Positions 12,750 through 25,578 are shown, numbered from the stretch's first letter. The stretch is 64,000 nucleotides of DNA from Octopus sinensis (GCF_006345805.1 NC_042998.1:121210001-121274000), one strand, 5' to 3'. Made by a program: numbers and translations. The notes: generated from the sequence alone by a model not told the origin.

Positions 12750-14382
12750 ACGTGTTATGACTGAACTGCATTAATGACGAGTGTTGATTTTTACTGGCAT
12801 TCGTTTGAATATACATATTAATATATTGATATATTCAGACATTAAGCTTCACTTTTCGAAGGGGAAGATGAAATTCTGAGACCTTAACGCTCTTCCGAAG
12901 GGCACAAATGGTTTAAGTGAAGTGAGTTGAGTACAACCAAAATGATCGAAACCGAGTTGCAGATTCGGCTCACCAAGAGTTCACATGTACTTTATTTCGA
13001 TTCTTTGAATTCAATATATTGAATCATTAAAATTCGTGTAGCCTAAAAACGAGGTTGTTGCTGTGTAGTTTCGGGTGAACTCTGATTTAGCATGTCTATG
13101 ATATGGAGGTAATCGATTAATCGACCAAGTACGATCCACAGATCCAATGTTCAAGGCATACCTTGTCTCCGTCTAATTGAGGATCATACTGTGCAGTCTT
13201 AGCATGTAGTGGTTTATATGGTATGTTAATAAGTGCAAAGGTTCTCGGCAAATACTAGCCCCACTCCAACTATTAGAATAAAAATTTCGCCCCCTCTTCT
13301 CTCAATTAATGAGAAGACAAACATCGTTTGTATTCATAAAAAATTTTCTTTCATGATATCAAACGTGTAAAAGTTTTAAACTATCTTAATTTTATTAAAC
13401 ATGGGTAAAATCCTGACAGCTCCGTTTTGACAGTCATCTAGGAGACGCTGGATTTTCCGCTACTGTCAAGTCTGCTTTGTAGTGGCGAGAAATAAAGACA
13501 GAGTAAAAAGTCACCGGGAGGAAAGTTGTAGAGATAAAGTATATCACACTTTATTAAAATGTTACCAACAAAAGAGGAAATTCAAGAATATTCTAAGTTG
13601 TTTATTAACTGATAATAAATGGTTTCTGATTCTGATGCAAGATCAGCTATCATAAGGGGAGGCAGCTTACTCGATAGTAACGACTCTAGTACTTGACTAA
13701 TACTTTATTTTATCAACCTCGAAGGGATGAAAAGCAAGTTGGTCTCGACAGTATTTGAACTCATGACATTTTCCCCATGCTACAACTATTCTGCCAGCTC
13801 GCCGGCCTTTATTCACTGATAATAATGCTATAATTAGTATACAATGACAACACAATTTATATTACAGGTGTAACAGTAGGGGAGGGGAAAGCACGTTTAT
13901 TCAATATCTCTATATATAATCTTCAATAAAACAAAACAACAGAAACATTTGATTACATCGACCCAGTGTTTCACTGGCACTTAATTTATCGACCCCGAAA
14001 GGATGGAAGGTAAAGTCGACTCCAAAAGAATGAAAGACAAAGTCGACCCCAAAAGGATGAAAGGCAAAGTCGACCTCGGCGGAATTTATAATAATGATAA
14101 TCCTTTCTTTATTCACCACTGAGAGTATATATAAAAGATTGGGGACGGCACAGACAACACAAAAAGAATGGGATTTAATCGTTTAAGGAGGTAATAACAA
14201 TGAAAATATAGCAAATAAAGGTTAATGTTGACATTACCCAAAACTTTATCGAAAAGAATGGTGCAACGGGTTAAAAAAATGTGTAGGAAACAAATGCCCG
14301 GAAAGCAACTTGGCGTGGGGGGAAGCTTTCCCCAGGAACTTGGATGCTAAACATCGCTTTGAAGGGTTGGGGTCCTTACTTA

Positions 14383-14418
<36 letters not shown>

Positions 14419-17400
14419 CGCGCATACACACACACATCTATCTGTCTGTCTATCTGCAATAAGTAAGGGCCCAAACCCTTCAAAGGGATGTTTAGCATCT
14501 AAGTTTCCGAGGAAAAGCCTAATTTATGATTTCAAGAGGATTATAGTTCTCCCAAAGTTACGAGGGAAAAACTCTGATCTTGTGAATTTTCCGAAGTCCC
14601 CCCCACCCTCTCGGAAAAGATTTCCCCCACAAATTTCTTTATAATCGTAATCTATACCGTTTGAAAGGTATTTCTATAAAATTTCATTGAAAAAACCCCA
14701 TTTTCCTAAAAGTTACGAGGGAAAAGCTTGGATCTTGTGACTTTTCCGAAGTCTTCTCCCCACCTCCCGTTGCTTTGCGCGCATTTTATTTTTCATATTC
14801 GTTTCCTATACATTGTTTTATACCCTTTCCAGTATTTTTTTTTGTGGGGGGTGATTTTAAACATTAACGGAAATTTCATTTAAAAAACCCCATTTTCCTA
14901 AAAGTTATGAGGGAAAAACATCGGATCTTGTGAATTTTCGAAGGTCTCTCCCCACTCCCCTGTTGCTTTCCGGGCATTTTTGTTTTCATATTCATTTCCC
15001 TTTTTTTACACCCGTCGCACTTTTTTTTTCGATTTCGTTTTCAGGTAATAATGTCAACATTAACCCAAACAAATCCACAAAAGAGGGAGACTTCCAAAGA
15101 TTACTCGTGGAAACTCCCCAAAACCACGATCGTCCTGATCTCTAGGGCAAGTGCCCTCTCCACTTCATCTACCCTTGATCTAGAGGCGCATTCTTAGAGT
15201 AAGCCTGTTCACTCGGGCCATTCGCGTTACATTCACCTACCTTTTACCAAAAGAAAACAACAAAAAATAATGGTTTCAAATTCTGGCACAAAGGCCAATA
15301 ATTTCGGGGGAGGGGTAAGTCGGTTATATCGACACCAGTGATCAACTGGTACTTATAATAATAATAATAATAATCCTTTTCCACTATAGGCACAAGGCCT
15401 GGATTTTTGTAGGGAGGGAGACAATCGATTACATCGACCCCTGTAATTGACTGGTACTTGAACCGTTAGTTCTCTGGGCAAATTGCTTAGCGGCATTTCG
15501 TCCATCTCTACATTCTGAGTCCAAATTCCGCCGATGTCGACTTTGCCTTTCATCTTTTTGGGGTCGATAAAATAAGTACGAGGTGAACACTTGTGTCGAT
15601 ATAATCGACTTAACACCTTCTTTGAAATTACAGGCCTTGAACCAAAATTCGAAACCAATATTATCATTACTATTATTTTGCACTTGTTGATTCTGACTGT
15701 GGCCACAGCGGGGATAGGTAAAGAGAACTTGGTACACAGAAATTGCTTTTTGCATTTGAGGTATACATCCTATGCACATTATTTGAGGCTCTCCTTTTAA
15801 GTGTATATGTTGTCTTATGTTTGCTTGATGCTATAGACATGTCAGTGTTTATGGGTGGTTGAACACGTGTAGGGACAAGAACTGGTGGTTGGAATTCCTG
15901 CGACAACAAGCTGCTTCTTCCCACCTGCGTTTCCAGTTGGTTTCATTTTCAATATTTTTTGTTTCATTGTGTAGGTTGATAGGGGTGGGACCTGTGCTAA
16001 CATGAAGTATGCTGGATGCACCGAAGTCGAAGAAAGAAACTCTGTATTGTCGTTCGATATGTTAGATAAACAAACAAGTATCCCTTAAATTACTCCCTGT
16101 AATCTTGAGAAAAGGAAGGACATACTCACTCCTGAATACATTGTTATAGGTAAAGATAGGATTGTCTCAGAATGCCAATATGACGACGAAAAAGTGAGGC
16201 TACGGTGTAACAAGAATGTGTTCCGCCCGGGGCAGCCCTTCAGATTTCCTCCCTCCCCACAAAAATATAACGTATTGTACAATGCCGCTCCTATAAAAAC
16301 ATCCTTGGGGCGGACCGGCACCCTCCAGTTATTCTATTGGTATGTAGTACGTTTGGATGTTGTGCGGAAGGGAAAAAGAATCAGGATCTTTATCGAGGAA
16401 AGAATTAGACACGCACTTACGATGAATAATTAGATTCTACTTTCATATCTTAGGTTGCTTTCGCGGATGATTTTATAATGCCATACTGAGCTGATGTACT
16501 GCTTATGGAAAAAAATGTGAAAGTTGTGGAATGTATTTAAACCGTTATAAAATAACAGTCCTGTTTTTAAGGTTTATTTGTTTATGCAGTAACGAGCAAC
16601 CTTTTTCGAGAAGCAGGCCATACACTAGAGGAGCTGGAGGGAGCAATATGTATTTGTGTGTGGGTCCGGGGGCGGCAAACTGAAGAACCGTCTCGGGCGG
16701 CACACACTCTAGCTACGCTAGTGGGGCCATACTACTAAAAAAATTCAAGGTAGTTTTTCGTTGGCGTGCCATTCATAAAGTCCAGGGGGTCGCCGTTTGG
16801 GCAATCTTTCGTCTCTAGGTTGCCGTTTGGGCAATCTTTCGTCACGAAAGATTGCCTAAATATGAACTATCTCAAAGTAACCCCAAGTAAGGACATTTCT
16901 GTGATTAATTATTATTTTAATCTGTCTATATAATGTACGACTAACCCATAAAACCTCATCAACGAAATTAGAGATAAAATTGTATTGTTTGAAATTAAAC
17001 TTTGAACAGGAAATAAAAACGAAACATGAACGAAGTCTGTACTAGACCTTCATAGCTTCTATTGATAGAAAGAACACCGCTGAGACTTAAAAACACAAGA
17101 TATAGCCCAAAGTAAAATATAGGTTTAATATCAAGTTTTATGTTAAAACCGATCCTTAATTTGTGTAGTCCTTTAATCCCTCCCCTTCTATACACACACA
17201 CACAGTGAAACTGAAAGCACAAGTCATTCTGACTCACCTACACGACCCTAATCAGCTAAAATTTTCGTTATCTCGTGGACAGTGCATTTACTTTTTTTTT
17301 TTCAAGATAAATGAAGACTGGGATTTTGAAGTCAACATATTTTATATAAGAACATAAACACACAACACTGTTTCGAAATATCTGAAACCAAATATGAATT

Positions 17401-18315
17401 ATAATGGATCTAATAAACAGGACAAAATTGAGAAAAACGAAGGTTTGAACAAATAATTCACCACAATAAAAAAAAAAGACAACACAAGGAAGCAGGAAAT
17501 AAATGTAACAACCCCCACGTGAATAGTTGAATGATAATATAGTATTGTTGGTAGACTGATGTCATCTCTTTACCATTTGTTTGCGCCCCTCTTATGTTTC
17601 CTTAGTTCACATATTGTCTCTAACTGCAGAGACTACTACCACTGTTGCCATCTGCCACATCTCAGCTGCTGCAAATAGTGTTGTTGCTACCATCACAAGT
17701 ACCACTCTCGTTCACCAACAGACACTGCTACCATTTGCTATATTCTCTCTCTCCCCCTCTCTTTCTCCCTTCAATCACATTATCAATTAAAATCTACATT
17801 TTCTCTACCCACCCTGACGAAAAGTGGTTTACAACTGTACTATCAGTGCTACAACACGCATACTCATACACACATAGATACATGTACACATACATAGTTA
17901 TTGTAGTGTGTATACAATAGAGGAGTTGGTGTAGACACATTTTACGTCTATCTATATTCACCTGTTTTAAAATTTTCTCGTTGGAATTATTAAATGTGGA
18001 CACATCGGTTTTATTAAAGATTCCAGTTGCTTCAAATATCAGAACACTGGGACACATTGACTGGGAGCAGTGGGTAAGTTTGTCGCTTCACAAATATTTA
18101 TTTTCTCTCTGTATAAATATAAAAACAAATGTTTCTTTCGTTTTCATTTTTGTTTTCGCATCCTCCTAAAAATAACACAACCGATCTCGTTGTAGTGATG
18201 AGGATGATTATGTTGTTGTTAGTGGGGGTATAATGATGACTGTCATCATCATCATTCTTATTACCGCGATGAATAATGTTGATTGCTATTATCTTCGTCA
18301 TTGAATAACAGGACT

Positions 18316-18348
<33 letters not shown>

Positions 18349-21300
18349 GTTTCTTTATGTGTCACAACAGTGACGAACGAGGGGACATTACAAGGACAAA
18401 TAATGATGATTTCCTTATATGTTATAAGGGTAGAAAAGAGCAAAGAAATGTATGTAAATTATTGAATATAAATAATAATTGTAATCGTGAAATAAAAGCG
18501 AATTACCATCGAAGTATGCGCAAATCACTGCCATACCTCAGCCCCCTAATTGAATTACTACCTAGGTATTAGATCACTTCTATATATTGAGTCTGGTATT
18601 CACTTCCAGTAACATCAACTAATACCTAAATATTAGAAAAACCTCCATGCCTTAGTCACCCTAACTGATTTACCACTTAGATATGATTAAATAAGCTCCA
18701 TGCTTCAGTCACCCTGGTTTACAGCCTAGGTATCATTAGACTATCTCCTTATCCCGGATATCCTGATTTATCACCCAGGCATGATTAAAACTTGTTGAAT
18801 GTTTACTATATTTTTACTATGTGTAACAACCCGCATTTAATGTTTTTAAGATTCTCATATCTTAAGGAAAAAAAAGGGAATATTTTTAGATTCACCACTA
18901 TCTGACTGTCGTTATTTTTATACACAGTAACAGGTTGGTGAGGTAAAAATAAAATGTTTAAGCTGAATTTTGTATGAATCAGTACAGCATTATTGTCTGC
19001 CTAGTTTTAATAATCAAATTGGAAACAATAATCATCCACCGCAGATCAATACTGGCGTAACGACACATTCCTAAAAATTTAACTAATTTTTTGTCTTAAG
19101 CCATTGCACCGTCCGCTAACTCTTTTTTTTTTTCTTTTTGCTAAAACACGTTTAATTAAATCAACCTTTCACTTCAAGTTCACTTTTTCTTGTAACCAAC
19201 TCTTTCAGATATGCACCTATAAATGCACCAACCTTTTCTTCTTAGTTCACTGTTTATTCTAATCAACTTACACATATATAATCGCTAATTTTTGTTGTTA
19301 ATTCCACTGTTTTGCAGTCCATTTTTGCGATGACTGTCGGAATAAATGGTTTGCATTATTTCTTCCGATTCTTTACGTTCTGAATTCAAACCCTACCGAG
19401 GCCAAATTTATCTTCCATTCTTTCAGGGCCGCTAAAACAAAGTACCAGTCAGCTACAGGGGACTATGTAATCGACTAACCTCCTCCCCGCCTTGTGCCTA
19501 AATCATAAACAATTGTTATATTGTTAGAAATTAACATCATTATTAATTGTATCTGCGTATATTGAACGTTCAAACACGGCTCCTCTTCTACTCTCAGCTA
19601 TTACTTAAAATCGATTTTACACGTTTTTCTTTATAGGTCGTTATTTATTTATTCTTTCTTTGTCTGACTGTTCAGTAAATTCGACTGGTGATAGTTATGT
19701 TTCAGTCACAGATATCAATAGAGAACAATCTCTTGTTATGTTTTACTACCTGCAATCACAATGGCAGTAGGAATATTTCTTACAACTTGATTCTTCAGTT
19801 TAATTTATAAAAGATAATACTTAATAACTAAGAACATAAATAAAAAGATAATACTTAATGACTAAGAACATAAATCATTTGGTTTAGTTATTCGAGAAAT
19901 GAAATCTTAGCCAATTTATATTAAAAGTGAAGCTGATTGAAACTTCTTCGGACCAAAGTCTAATGCACTTGTAAAAATTTACCAATATCTCTTACTTCAG
20001 TAGTTAGGCTTCATATTGAATATATAACTTGCACCCCTATTATTGTCGTATTTCTTGCTGTTGCAAATATTCTGACATTGCTACAATAGGTTTTAAAAGG
20101 GTACTGTTTTCTTCCTCCGTCACGACTTTCTCATACGATGTGATAAAAGAAGCTACTATTTTCAAATTTCACAAATTTATTTTGTTGTTTTACTTATTCA
20201 TTGTTATGAAATAATCATTTCATTTTTATTGTCTGTAATATGTCATGTTCATATTTAAATATAAAAACATGTCGTAAAGGAAAAATTGGTCCCACCTCGG
20301 CCAACATAATTGAAGAAAAAACAACTCCCTACTTAATTTTACATTCAGTCTTGTGTCTGGAAACAAATCAATAGACGGTAGCAATTTTCATGATATTCTT
20401 TCTTTGGATAAGCTTATTATATCCTTCTAATATCGATAATGCTACCAGTAGACATGGCACATGTAGGCTCTAACACTAACTACCTGTATCATACATGCAC
20501 ACGCACCTTTATTTTATTAGCTGACAGGTTGGCAACTATAATAAAGTGAAAATAACAGAAAGGCGGTGGTGTCCGATTAACTCATCCCAGACTGAGAGTA
20601 AAGCTGTTAATCAAGCCAATGGATGGTTTAATTCGTAACATCGGAAATTTCCCACTGCCTGATTAAAATTTTCGGCGAAGAACATTTTGTTATTGTCGGA
20701 TAGAATTTGTAGCTTTATTGCCATATCTGATAATGAATTAAGCTCTTTTCTAACCAAACCCAAATTAACTTACAAAGTGCTCATCCAATCATGATATATT
20801 AAAATATACTACAGCATGTTAATAGCTGTATTATCAAGGCTCAGAGTGTTACAATAGTAGCAGACCACACCATTAGGTTACCGAGTCAACTGCATTCAAG
20901 CCAAGTGTTAGAGGTTCGTGGCTGGACCCAATTTTCCACTTGATGTTTGTTGGCGAGAACAAGAAAGAAATAGTTATCATATTAGGATCTTAAGATCATC
21001 AGATTCTGTCATGATGGAAAATCTAAAGAAACCCGTGATATTGTGAAACCAACATAAATTTTATAAACTGTCTTTTGAAGGGAGTTAATTCAAATATTTC
21101 TTCTGAAAACATTTGCTATTTCAGCCAGGACACTAACTGGGCTGCTTTTGTTAAGGTGCTCACTGTCTGAAATAATGATCGTGGGGTAATAAACTAAGAA
21201 TCAAAGAAACCAGGACTGTAGCAAACATTTAATTTTATGGAAAAAAAAAAAATGCCGTGGCTAGAGTTTGATCTCAAGAAATAAACCCCTTTTTTTCTGA

Positions 21301-21500
21301 GAGATATATATCGTTTCGTTTACTTGTTTAGATCATTAAATTGCGGTCATGCTGGGGTATCACCTTGAAGAATTTTTAGTCGAATGAATTGACCCCAGTA
21401 CTTTTTTTTTAAAAGCCTGGTACTTATTTTATTGGTCTTTTTTGCCGAGCCGCTAAGTTATGGGGACGTAAACACACCAACACCGTTTGTCGAGTGGTAG
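12750..21500. promoter_or_regulatory. CpG-retaining (probably hypomethylated) intergenic/promoter domain
   Basis: By eye CpG is much more frequent than in the flanks. SINE-A copies here keep gtcgacctcggcgg, while copies outside show gttgaccttggcag (CpG decay). Not counted. Confidence 0.5.
14220..15065. repeat. Inverted-repeat element with three internal tandem subrepeats (probably non-autonomous Helitron/Helentron-like copies head to head)
   Basis: 14325-14383 is the reverse complement of 14460-14520, and 14220-14310 of 14962-15065. Subrepeat aaagttacgagggaaaa..gatcttgtgaattttccgaag at about 14555, 14708 and 14900. Confidence 0.7.
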
Positions 21501-21690
21501 TAGTGGACAAACAAAGACACACACACACTCGACAGGCTTCTTTCAGTTTCTGCCTACTAAATCCACTCCCAAGGCTTTTGTTGACCCAAGGCTATAGTAG
21601 AAAACACTTGCTCAAAGTGCTACATAATGGAACTGAACCTGGAACCATGTGGTCGGGAAGCAAACTTTTTAACTACACAGCCACGCCTAT
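21315..21690 (-). mobile_element. tRNA-derived SINE (family B); other copies at about 2335-2612, 26570-26960, 48950-49345 and 60685-60800
   Basis: Head gtggctgtgt..ttcccgaccacatggttccaggttcagttcc on the minus strand; body aataagtaccaggctt..ctggggtc..ccccagcatgaccgca shared across copies. Confidence 0.75.
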
Positions 21691-22659
21691 GCCTATATAC
21701 TTTATTTTTGTAAAGATTTTTTCTTTTTCATATTACATTGAGTTAATTCAAATCTGTTTACTTTTGTTGTTGGCATTATGATCAACCACTCTGTACTTGT
21801 GAAATACAGTCTCTCTTACTTAAAAAGCAGGCAAGGGTTTGTGACAGAAAGATCATCCATCTGTAAAATCCTGCCACAAATATGTTCCCATCTAACCCAT
21901 ACTAGTATATGAAATAGGCATTAAAGAAGAAAAATGAACTTTGACTTCTACTATATGACGGCTTCTACTACTTGGAACTAGCAAGCTGTGTACCACTTTC
22001 TAAGCCTATCTCTTGTATCTTGGTTTTCAAAATACATTTAAATATTTCTCCTATTCCTTCATCCACAAAACTGTAGTCTTCTAGAACTCTTTCTCTGTTC
22101 TTTATTTTCTATCAAACTGTAAAATAGTTCAAACTGAACATCAACCACATTTAGCTTATCAATCTAGGAGGGTCTATAAAGATTATCAGTGTCCTCTGTC
22201 TTTCTCTGACTAAATGATAGTTATGCAAGCTGTGTTAAGAAATATCATGAAAATTATATATTGTTCTCTACCCATACAATTGTTTAAAATATGTCAACAT
22301 CTGTTACATAAGACTTATTTCATCACAAACATCACCCATGTTGCAATAAACACTACTCTTCTCTTACTGTTGGTGACTTTTAAGAAACTGTTTTTTTATG
22401 AGTAGAAACAAACAATAAAATCAAATATGGCTTTATTTTGATGTGGTTGCAGAAGAAACACTGATTGTGAGTTGTTAGATTATGCTTACTTTATATGAGC
22501 TAGTCTGTGGTTACATATTTCTCTTTAGCTAAACTTGTGATGTCATATGATAATACATTTTTTTATAAATGTGCCTCCTTGTAAATATTATTCTTAAATG
22601 TAGGGTGATAGATTTGTAGAATTATTACAGCATTGGACAAAATACCACATAGTATTTAA

Positions 22660-22879
22660 CCCTTTAATATTTAAACCAGCCACATCTAACCAAAATATTC
22701 TACGAGTTTTATGGTCAAATCAGCCATTTCTAGCCTCTCACACCAATGCTACAATATCATTCTAAAAATTAACAGTAACCTCATAAAAATCTCCAAGCTA
22801 CAAAGTAATACATGATTAATTCAAAACAATGTGACTAAATAAGCATTACTTTTGACAGAATAATGTGAATGCTAAAGGG
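22660..22879. mobile_element. piggyBac-type MITE
   Basis: TTAA TSD at 22656-22659 and 22880-22883; termini CCCTTTA..TAAAGGG. Confidence 0.75.
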
Positions 22880-24459
22880 TTAATTATTGTTTCTTACATT
22901 CTGAGCCAAATATTATTGAAGTCAACTTTGCCTATCACTCTTCTAAGGTTGATGTATTTAATTGTATGTTTTCCAAAAAATTTAATTCTTGTGCTCTCTA
23001 ATCATAACTTTTGTGATGAGAGATATAGGTTTAAACAGAGGTATGGGAATGAGGATCTATCTGAATGGTATAACAACTATAAATAGCAAATGTAACTTTA
23101 AATAACTGTTTCAAATTGTTGCACAAGGCCAGCAGTTTTAGGGGGAGAGGTTAGTCGATTACGTCAGCCTCAGTACTTGGCTTGTACTTTAGTTTAGCAA
23201 CTCTAGAAAGATGAAAGGCAAAGTTGACCTTGCGAGTTTTTGAACTCAGGATGTAAAGAACTGGAAGAAATACTGCTAAGCATTTTGTCCAGCACATCAA
23301 TGATTCTACCTGCTCACTGCTTTAAATGTAGCTATAAATAATACAATATGAAAAGTAACAGAGAAACAGATTCTTTATTTAGGGGCATAAGAAACACAGT
23401 AGTCACAAGGCTAAGGTTTTATTTTATAAGTTAGCCTGGAAAAGAGGGGCAATGTACAGGATCTTGGCAGATTCTCTTCAGATTGGTGAAATTGATGGGG
23501 TTGTTGCTCAGTTTGAACATCTGTAAGTTAATGTGAATATATAAAAAAAAAAACAATATGGTAGGAAAAAAAGTAGATAAAATTGTCAGATCTGGTTGAG
23601 TGTGTTTGGGGCAGATAATTCAGCTTGCTAGTACAGAGAAGCTTGGCTACTAACCTGAAATACAGAATTTTAGACCATATATTTGGAAATTAAAATCTGA
23701 CTACATCCACTATCTTGTGCCCTTTGATCTGGTGTACATAGATTCTCCATTCCTTACTTCATAGTTGAGTCATTAGGATTAGCATTAAGAAATACCTGCT
23801 CCATCTGTAAAGATATTCTTACATTCAGTACATTCATGTTCAAGACAAACATTAACTGCTTCATTCTCACTGTGACAGAAAACCCAAAAAGGCCACTGAC
23901 GCAGCCTCTTTTTAGATGAAACCAATAAAAAGGAAAACCATCCCATATAGGCAAACGTAGAAAAACAGATTGTAAAAATGGATAAGAAAACACTTTCAGT
24001 TAAGAATAGGACAACTGCGAATGTTGATAGAATCTATAATGTGATGCTGACATTTCCTCTCTTTGGCACATGATTAGATGTTGATTGAAATATTCATGAA
24101 TATATGTTTGTATGTCAAGGTACACATATAGGTGCAGATTAATAGTTTATTTTATAAATGTATATCTATTTGTTGAAAATATATGTTTATTAAGGTCAGT
24201 TGTTTCTTGTGTGTGTGTGTGTGTGTGTGTGTGTCTGTGTATATATTTATGCACACACATGAAATATTACATACAATATTAGATATGTCCATATATACAC
24301 AAGGGTGCTACATGAGTACCTATATCACTAAAAAATAGAAGTCAAAAAATAATTCTGTGCCACCGAATAGTCACAAATCTATTACAGACAAGATAGGGAA
24401 AAATATCAGTGAATAATAATGTCTTACCTCTACTGGGTAAGAACAAGTAAATGCTGGTC

Positions 24460-24522
24460 AACCTGGTACCCGTTTCGAAATTTAGCGCCAAATAGGTGCC
24501 CAATTTCTCATCAGCCAAAGTC
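24460..24522 (-). ncRNA. Type I minimal hammerhead ribozyme motif
   Basis: Minus strand reads UUUGG-CUGAUGA-GAAAUUGGGCACC-UAUUU-GGCGCUAAAUUUC-GAAA-C-GG-GUA^-CCAGG. Both conserved boxes are present, with a long stem II, a 2-bp stem III, a GUA triplet and a 5-bp stem I. Confidence 0.75.
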
Positions 24523-24731
24523 AGCCAGCTAAATTACTACTAACATGCCTGCAAAAGTTTGTTTGAAGTGACCAAGCACTATAGGAACAAACAAAATGTG
24601 TAGAATTATTTATAAATAAAATATAGGGACGATATTATTAAAATACCATCATGAGTGGTAAGCGAATTATCAGTTGTACAGGCAAATTAATAAAATATAT
24701 ACATAAAATATTAGATATGTACATATATACA

Positions 24732-24787
24732 CTGATGAGAAATCAGGCACCTAATTGGTGCTAAATTTCGAAACCAATACCAAGTTG
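24732..24787 (+). ncRNA. Defective second hammerhead copy
   Basis: CUGAUGA-GAAAUCAGGCACC-UAAUU-GGUGCUAAAUUUC-GAAA is intact, but the stem I 5' arm is missing and stem III reads CCAAUA. Confidence 0.6.
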
Positions 24788-25261
24788 ACCAGCATTTACT
24801 TGTTCTGACCCAGTAGAGGTAAGACATTATTATTGTTCACTGATATTTTTTCCTACCATGTCTGTAATAGATTTGTGACTATTCGGTGGTACAGAAGTAT
24901 TTTTTGACTTCTATTTTTTAGCAATATAGGTGCTCATTTAGTACCCTTGTGTATATATGTACATACCTAATATTGTATGTATATACTTTATTAATTTGCC
25001 TACCACTCGTGATGGTATCAGCCATATATTTTATTTATATGTACACATATATACATATCTATATACGTTTATATATGCACATATCTATTTACATATATAT
25101 ATATTTATACAAGTATATATATACAAATATACATTTATATATGCACATATCTATATATACACATTATATATATGCATATCTATATATATATATACACACA
25201 TAGCTTTATATGTACACATATCTATATATATAAACATGTATATATATATATATATATATGA

Positions 25262-25578
25262 GACCAAAGTGTACCACGATCCACTTTATCAAAAGCTTTA
25301 GCAAAATCAAAGTATATTACGTCCACATTTGAGTTGTTCAGTAACTGTCTCATAATGTAAGAGCTGAGTCAAGGTAGCTCCTACCTGGTTGAAAGCCATG
25401 CTGGGTATCACTCAGCAAGTTATTTTCTTCAAGAAATGTGATTAGTTTCCCTCTGACTATCTGTTCCATGACTTTGCTATGTAAAGTCAGAGAGATAGTT
25501 TTTGGCATCTGCTCTGCTTCCCCTTTATGGATTGGGCATATTCTTGCCCTCAGCTTGCTTGGCAGCCGGCCATTTGCA
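25262..25578 (-). mobile_element. CR1/Jockey-superfamily RT fragment
   Basis: PIHKG..ISLT..SKVMEQIVR..LEENNLLSDTQHGFQPGRS..LDFAKAFDKVDRG, with frameshifts. Confidence 0.8.

Larger units (their letters stand above)
24262..25039. mobile_element. ORF-less Penelope pLTR / retrozyme-like element in tandem-plus-inverted arrangement
   Basis: 24270-24514 is the reverse complement of 24732-24980, and 24610-24732 of 24947-25039. Hammerhead cores sit at the inner ends of both long arms. Confidence 0.75.

Noticed and set aside
13985-14085. Three 27-bp repeats resembling a CRISPR array; also short duplications at 16790-16843 and 19810-19875
   Set aside because: No unique spacers and no cas genes, in a eukaryotic context; these are local slippage duplications, the first inside a SINE.
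16190-16865. GC-rich patches suggesting a promoter
   Set aside because: They look like nested MITE remnants (ctagctacgctagtg terminus, repeated ggccatac flanks) and are too degraded to classify.
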